From positions 1 to 57,509 of the forward strand of contig DASTDJ010000196.1 of NCBI GenBank assembly GCA_035710425.1: a DNA stretch of 57,509 nucleotides, given 5' to 3'. This DNA is from Nocardioides sp. Lineage in GTDB: Bacteria; Actinomycetota; Actinomycetes; Propionibacteriales; Nocardioidaceae. The translations under genes were made by a program, and so were the position numbers. Under the pieces are notes generated by a model. That model searched no databases. It was given only the letters and a program-made list of their open reading frames with translations, and had not been told where the DNA came from. Shown in pieces: positions 53,301-57,509 of the stretch; positions within the stretch are counted from its first letter, which is position 1; the number at the start of each line of letters is the position of its first letter.

Positions 53301-55826
53301 GACGTCGTGGTGAAGCGGTTCCACCTCGCCGCGCTCGACCCCGCTGACGGTCACGCGCTCGAGTGGTTCGCGCCGTCGAACTCCTACGAGGGCGACAAGC
53401 ACATCGAGGCGACGCCGCGAGGCATCTTCGTCGGCGGTGACGGCAACACCAAGGGTGGCTTCAACGTCGGCCGGATCGCGTTCTTCGACTTCCAGAGCGT
53501 CCCGGCGAACAACACCACCCAGACCGTGATCACCGACCCGATCGAGGGCCGGATCCGGCCGGTCGACGAGCAGTTCGAGATCACCGGTACGGCGACCGCG
53601 CCCAGCGGCGTCAACCGGGTCGAGCTCGAGATCATGGACCGCAACTCGGGTCGCTACCTCGCCGACGACCTCACCACGTGGGGGAGCACGACGGTCAACA
53701 CGTTCAACGCCACGCTCGACGCGGGCACCGGGCCGAACCGCACCTGGCGACTCCCGGTCACCATCTCCGGCAACCGGGAGCTGCAGGTGCGGGCCCGCGC
53801 GGTCGCGAGCAACGGCACCGCCGACAACACGAAGGCGGCCAAGAAGTTCGAGACGTTCGGCATCTCCGACGTCCCGCCCGACACCAGCATCACCGGCCCC
53901 GGCAGCCCGGTGAACTCGCTGACGTTCACGATCACCGGCAGTGCGAGCGACGACGTCGGCGTGAACGGGGTCAGCTTCACCATGCGCGACACCCAGGGCC
54001 GCTACCTGCAGGAGGACGGCACCGTCTCCGGCACCTACAACACCTTCCAGGTGGAGCCCGACGTCGTCGGCGCCCTCAGCACGACCTGGTCCTACGAGAT
54101 CACCGTGCCGTTCGAGGACGAGTGGTGGGCCCAGGCCAGGTCGACCGACACCTCCGGCCAGTCCTCCCTCGACACCGACGACCGGCGCTGGATCGTCACC
54201 GAGAACGGTCAGCCGCCGACGGTGTCGATCTCCCAGCCGACGGTGATGGTGCCGCCCACCGCGGCGCAACCGATCACGGTCGCGCCGGGCAGCCCGATGA
54301 CGTTCGCCGGCACGGCGAACGACGACGAGTCGCTCCGCGAGGTCTCGATCACGCTGCGCAACAACACGACTGGTGAGCGGCTCGCCTCCGACGGCACGTG
54401 GGGACGCGACGTGATCGCGGGCAGCTACCGCGTCTCGCCGCCGAACCTGAACCAGCCCAGCTTCAACTGGTCCTACACGACGCCGTTCAACCTGACACCA
54501 GGTCAGTACTCCTTCACCGTCTCGGCCGAGGACCACATCGGGTTGGGCACGTCGTCCAACAACCAGGGCCGGCTCACGATCAACGTCGTGATCCCAGGGG
54601 ACACCCCGCCGGATGCTCGGATCACGCCGACCGGCACGATCACGGGCCTGCAGTCGCTGCACCTCGACCTTGCGGGAACGGCCACCGACGACAAGGGCGT
54701 GGCGCAGGTGAAGCTGACCATCGAGGAGGACGACAGCAGTCGCTACCTCACGCCCAGCGGCCAGCTCACGGGGCTGCTCACGACCATCGATGCCGTGATG
54801 GCCAACCCGGGCGGTACCAGTACCGGCTGGACGTACTCGGTGGACCTGCCGATCCAGGGTGACTGGCGGATCACCGTGTCCGCGGTCGACACCGCGGGAC
54901 AGGTGGATCCGTCGACCTCCGGCGGGACCTCGCGGTACCCGATCTATCCGGGTGACCAGCCACCGGTGCTCAACGAGGGTCTGCTGAACCCGATCGAGGG
55001 GACGGAGTTCCCCGACGGCAAGATCTTCGTGAGCGGCCGGGCCGAGGACGACCAGGCCATGGAGCGGGTCGAAGTGGGCATCGTGAACGCGGCGGGCCAG
55101 TACATGAGCTCGTCGGGCACGTTCACCAGCACCAACGCGAGCTGGCGCACGGCGTTCCTCAACAGCCCGGGCACGCCGGGGTCGAACTTCTCCTACACGA
55201 CACCGGTGATCCCGGCCGGCGCCTACACGGTGCGGGTGCGGGCGATCGACCAGCACGACTTCGTGAGCGTGATCTACGAGCGGCACGCGACGGTGACCCA
55301 ACCGCCGAACAACCCGCCCGTGGCCAGCTTCACCACCTCGTGCGTCGAGAACCTCTGCACCTTCGACGCCCGCGGGTCGACCGACGAGAACGCGCCGACG
55401 CTGACGTACTCGTGGAACTTCGGCAACGGCAGTGGCTCCGGCCCGGTCCCGACCCGTAGGTACACGAGCGCGAACACCTACACGGTGACGCTGACCGCGC
55501 GGGACGAGTGGGGCGCCACGGCGACCGCCACCACGACGGTGACCATCGTGGAGCCGGCGGGCAACCAGCCGCCGAACGCGGTGATCAACGCGCCGGCGTG
55601 CTCCAACCTGTCGTGCAACTTCTCGGGGGTCGGGTCCAACGACCCGAATACCGGAGACACGATCAGCTACCGCTGGAACTGGGGCGATGGAACGGCCGAC
55701 AGCACGTCGACATCCCCGTCGCACACGTTCCCCGCAGCCGGCACCTACACGGTGACGCTGACGGTCACGGACGGCTGGGGCAAGGCGACCGTGGTCACCA
55801 GGAGTGTGACGGTCCCCAACCCATAG
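50325..55826 (+). CDS. Large secreted multi-PKD / beta-propeller / Ig-like protein, 1833 aa
   Basis: Signal peptide; 4 PKD-like units (WNFGDG x2, WNFGNG, WNWGDG); propeller; about 5 Ig-like repeats (GTAxDD); no C-terminal anchor. Confidence 0.85.
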   Translation: MSPATAQRQGRLVPALLRVASSLPLVAALLAAPALTASADAAPGEIGFVGAASTAGNRTSHTVRIPAEVNAGDVLLLTLTTNSTDSTIGAAPAGWAEIESRDGNAIRGRLWTKVATAADSNANVTVTTSAFAKSAISVAAYRSTGATPTITASEVGGSNTSGTSHPSPHADVAGAGSWLINVWSEKSSLETAWTLPPEVTQRTTSATTGSGKISAVIGDSNAPVAIGAPNSRTATTSIAVSRTVMFSVVLSPGEVVNAPPEAAFTADCDELTCQFDAGDSSDPEGAGLTYSWNFGDGATGTGETTEHEYATSGPRTVTLTVSDGQSTDQTTRQVDPQEAVSPGAISFVGSATTAGNRPSHSVTIPSSVQPGDRLLLFLTTNSTTSTINDSLDGWTLLQSRDGNGVRGRVWTRAATAIDAGRVVNITGSAYAKSVLSVAAYRSTGPALVSASAIRGVDTSASSHTTPASTADHANSWLVNYWSEKSSTPVTWTLPNGSLARTQGESTGTGKVSGILGDSDGGIPLGAVAGRTATTSAAVTRSVLFTVVLDPGVDQTETNEPPEAEFTTGCAGMTCEFDASLSFDLDDDDVLTYQWNFGDGQTGTGVNPEHTYATAGSRTVTLTVDDGHGHTDTATGTATPSAPNPPLNHPGLVPDAPRTNQPTITDGEIWDIEVVGNIAYVAGTFPSIRQPNNGAIIAQPTLAAYNWSTGQVLTTFRPTFTNGGVVAVEASPDGSKLYIAGDFGTVNGMNKKAIARINPTTGAPIDTFTANTNGKVNELAVTNSTVYAGGRFTLVNNVPRGALAALDGTTGAVQADWVNNITGGIGTNGELAVQRLKLTRDEGRLLVVHTGRQVNGQNRYGVAIINTRTKKLTPFKTTLWEDNLQFVGGIQRLYAGDISPDGSRFVVASGSGGDRPPINDTVIVFNLNNDSNAQPVWISRHFDSVYSATWTEAGIYIGGHFQWAEDISAPVPWPGLDDVGYGTGQGLSAYALGDVVVKRFHLAALDPADGHALEWFAPSNSYEGDKHIEATPRGIFVGGDGNTKGGFNVGRIAFFDFQSVPANNTTQTVITDPIEGRIRPVDEQFEITGTATAPSGVNRVELEIMDRNSGRYLADDLTTWGSTTVNTFNATLDAGTGPNRTWRLPVTISGNRELQVRARAVASNGTADNTKAAKKFETFGISDVPPDTSITGPGSPVNSLTFTITGSASDDVGVNGVSFTMRDTQGRYLQEDGTVSGTYNTFQVEPDVVGALSTTWSYEITVPFEDEWWAQARSTDTSGQSSLDTDDRRWIVTENGQPPTVSISQPTVMVPPTAAQPITVAPGSPMTFAGTANDDESLREVSITLRNNTTGERLASDGTWGRDVIAGSYRVSPPNLNQPSFNWSYTTPFNLTPGQYSFTVSAEDHIGLGTSSNNQGRLTINVVIPGDTPPDARITPTGTITGLQSLHLDLAGTATDDKGVAQVKLTIEEDDSSRYLTPSGQLTGLLTTIDAVMANPGGTSTGWTYSVDLPIQGDWRITVSAVDTAGQVDPSTSGGTSRYPIYPGDQPPVLNEGLLNPIEGTEFPDGKIFVSGRAEDDQAMERVEVGIVNAAGQYMSSSGTFTSTNASWRTAFLNSPGTPGSNFSYTTPVIPAGAYTVRVRAIDQHDFVSVIYERHATVTQPPNNPPVASFTTSCVENLCTFDARGSTDENAPTLTYSWNFGNGSGSGPVPTRRYTSANTYTVTLTARDEWGATATATTTVTIVEPAGNQPPNAVINAPACSNLSCNFSGVGSNDPNTGDTISYRWNWGDGTADSTSTSPSHTFPAAGTYTVTLTVTDGWGKATVVTRSVTVPNP

Positions 55827-55848
55827 CGGAAGGTGAACGGCGCGGTCG

Positions 55849-56481
55849 TCAGGCCGCGTCGTTCTCCACGGGCTCGGCCCAGACGATGATGTTGCTGTCG
55901 TAGTCACCGTCGTGGTAGTCGGTGCACGTGACGAGCACCAAGCGACCGGTCTGACCGCTGCCCTGGCTGAAGAGGGTCTTGGCGCTGTCGGCGACCTGCT
56001 CCTTGCTGAGCTTGAAGACGCCGGTCGTGCGGTAGTCGACGAGCTTGCCCTCGTCGCGGATTCGGACGAGGGCTCCGACGTCGATCTTGGGCAGGTCGTT
56101 CATCACGCCGCCGCCGGTGCTCACCGTGTGACCGGTGACGACGGTCTGACCCTTGCCGCTGCCGGGCTCGGCGCTACCGTCCCACCAGCCGACGACCTCG
56201 GTGTCGGCAGGCGGGGTGAGCACGCCGTCTGACGCCAGCTCGATCGGCTCGAGCGGTGCCTTGATCTTGATCGACGGCACCAGGATCTCGTCGGGGCCCT
56301 CGGTGGGGGTGTCGGGGAGGTCCTCCTCGACCGACGGCGCCTCCTGGGTATCGGTCCCGGTGACCTTGCGGATCGGGTTGTCGTCGGCGGGGATCACGGC
56401 CCAGAAGACCAGGGCGAGGCCGACGACGGCCAGTCCCACGACGATCCAGGTGCGGCGGTCGCGCGGTAGGCGCAGGTTCAT
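55849..56481 (-). CDS. Class F sortase
   Basis: N-terminal TM, VGWW, VVTGH, LVLVTC, NIIV. Confidence 0.85.
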   Translation of the reverse strand: MNLRLPRDRRTWIVVGLAVVGLALVFWAVIPADDNPIRKVTGTDTQEAPSVEEDLPDTPTEGPDEILVPSIKIKAPLEPIELASDGVLTPPADTEVVGWWDGSAEPGSGKGQTVVTGHTVSTGGGVMNDLPKIDVGALVRIRDEGKLVDYRTTGVFKLSKEQVADSAKTLFSQGSGQTGRLVLVTCTDYHDGDYDSNIIVWAEPVENDAA

Positions 56482-56551
56482 GCTGGCAGTTCCTCCCGGC
56501 AGCCGGGCCTGACCCGGGTGCCGTCGATCGAAAGGCGTCCTTCAAAGGCTA

Positions 56552-56588
56552 CGACCGGCAACAATCGCGGCGCGATTGTTGCCGGTCG
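56552..56588. terminator. Perfect 18-bp inverted repeat between substrate and sortase genes
   Basis: CGACCGGCAACAATCGCG-G-CGCGATTGTTGCCGGTCG. Confidence 0.6.
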
Positions 56589-56604
56589 CGGCGTTGATCA
56601 AGGG

Positions 56605-57509
56605 TCAGCGACCGAGCAGCCGCCGGTATCCGGCGAGGCCGGCAGCGCCGCCCAGCATCAGCAGACCGCCGACGAGGGCGATGTTGTTGACACCGCCGCC
56701 GCCGTTGGCACCGGCGTCGACCGTGGTCGGCACGTCGGGACCGTCAGGACCGTCGGGGCCATCCGGGCCGTCGGGGCCATCAGGACCATCGGGACCGTCA
56801 GGACCATCCGGGCCATCGGGACCGTCAGGACCGTCGACGCGAGCGTTCGGGCCACAGCTCACCGTCGCGATCTCGGCGGAGACCAGTGAGAAGCCACCGA
56901 ACTGGCGGGCGGCCGGAAGCACCTGCAGGTCCAGCGCGGTGACGGTGACCTTCTTGCCGCCATCGGTGGTGCTCTGCTTGTTCAGCGTGGCGTCGAGGAC
57001 GTTGTCCTCGAGAGGGCCGAGCTGGTCGGCGATGTCGGCCACCAGGGTACTGACGATGTTGTCCTGCAGCGCCTTGATCGCGGGAGCGAGAGGCCCGAGC
57101 AACCCGTTGAGGGTGGTGTTCAGGTCGGTCCGGACCGCGTCGAGGGCGACGTTGACAACCTCGTCGAGGTCGGTGACGACCTTGGTGTTCGGGGTCGGGC
57201 TGGCCGGGAAGTTGACGATGTCGATGTTGTTGTTGCCCGGCAGACCCAGCGTCAGCTTGCTGTCCGCGATGTTGGCGGTGCCTTCAGCGGACTGCGGGTC
57301 GGCCACGCAACGGGACTGCACAGCGCCGAGAGTGCCGGTGATGCCGACGTTGCTGAGCGGGGCGAGGGCATCGGTGACGGCAGCGGTCAGCGGTCCGACC
57401 AGCTGGTCAGCGATCGGCTGCAGGAGCGGCGAGAGTGCACCGAGCGCCGACTCGGGGTTGATCAGCTGCACGCCGGTGAGGTCGAGATTGGCGATGTTGA
57501 CGCCGACCG
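56605..57509 (-). CDS. Sortase substrate surface protein (5' end outside window)
   Basis: Frame open to the window edge; (GPD)11, VPTTVDAG, TM, YRRLLGR tail. Confidence 0.82.
   Translation of the reverse strand, partial: VGVNIANLDLTGVQLINPESALGALSPLLQPIADQLVGPLTAAVTDALAPLSNVGITGTLGAVQSRCVADPQSAEGTANIADSKLTLGLPGNNNIDIVNFPASPTPNTKVVTDLDEVVNVALDAVRTDLNTTLNGLLGPLAPAIKALQDNIVSTLVADIADQLGPLEDNVLDATLNKQSTTDGGKKVTVTALDLQVLPAARQFGGFSLVSAEIATVSCGPNARVDGPDGPDGPDGPDGPDGPDGPDGPDGPDGPDGPDVPTTVDAGANGGGGVNNIALVGGLLMLGGAAGLAGYRRLLGR
56734..56832 (-). repeat. 11 x 9-bp coding repeat (Gly-Pro-Asp)
   Basis: 99 nt with synonymous third-position variation between units. Confidence 0.9.

Noticed and set aside
50325-55826. 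PKD proteins as substrates of the adjacent sortase
   Set aside because: Neither has a C-terminal sorting motif, TM segment or basic tail.

Overview
High-GC actinobacterial chromosome segment (Nocardioides-like by gene content; inference) in four parts. (1) 1-15.8 kb: housekeeping and transport genes, including tandem DUF2505-like genes, Trp 2,3-dioxygenase, the large NAD-GDH, hydrolases, an ABC-2 exporter, a guanidine-III riboswitch with gdx, and a CPA2 antiporter. (2) 15.9-26.6 kb: a dense nine-gene Ser/Thr-phosphosignalling island. It contains a TerY-P-type vWA/PP2C/kinase triad in divergent layout, a second atypical stand-alone kinase, a membrane receptor-like protein, a Zn-ribbon-FHA protein, an FHA-FHA-TM-trypsin protease, a small membrane protein and a two-Rossmann flavoprotein. 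Two of its units diverge from a perfectly palindromic GGAAC-N17-CGTC element resembling an ECF-sigma promoter. (3) 29.7-55.8 kb: a Wzy-type polysaccharide/surface-protein locus with several unusual fusions (flippase-sulfotransferase, Wzy-Wzz, ParB/Srx-fold plus WbdD-like methyltransferase). It also has an APH-like kinase, a GH26-like hydrolase, two large PKD proteins, two NarL-family regulators, a recurring 16-bp palindromic box in the promoter regions, and an embedded ku gene. (4) A class F sortase and a truncated (GPD)11-containing substrate gene. No rRNA, tRNA, CRISPR array or transposase was seen. All family calls come from motif recognition by eye; no searches were run.
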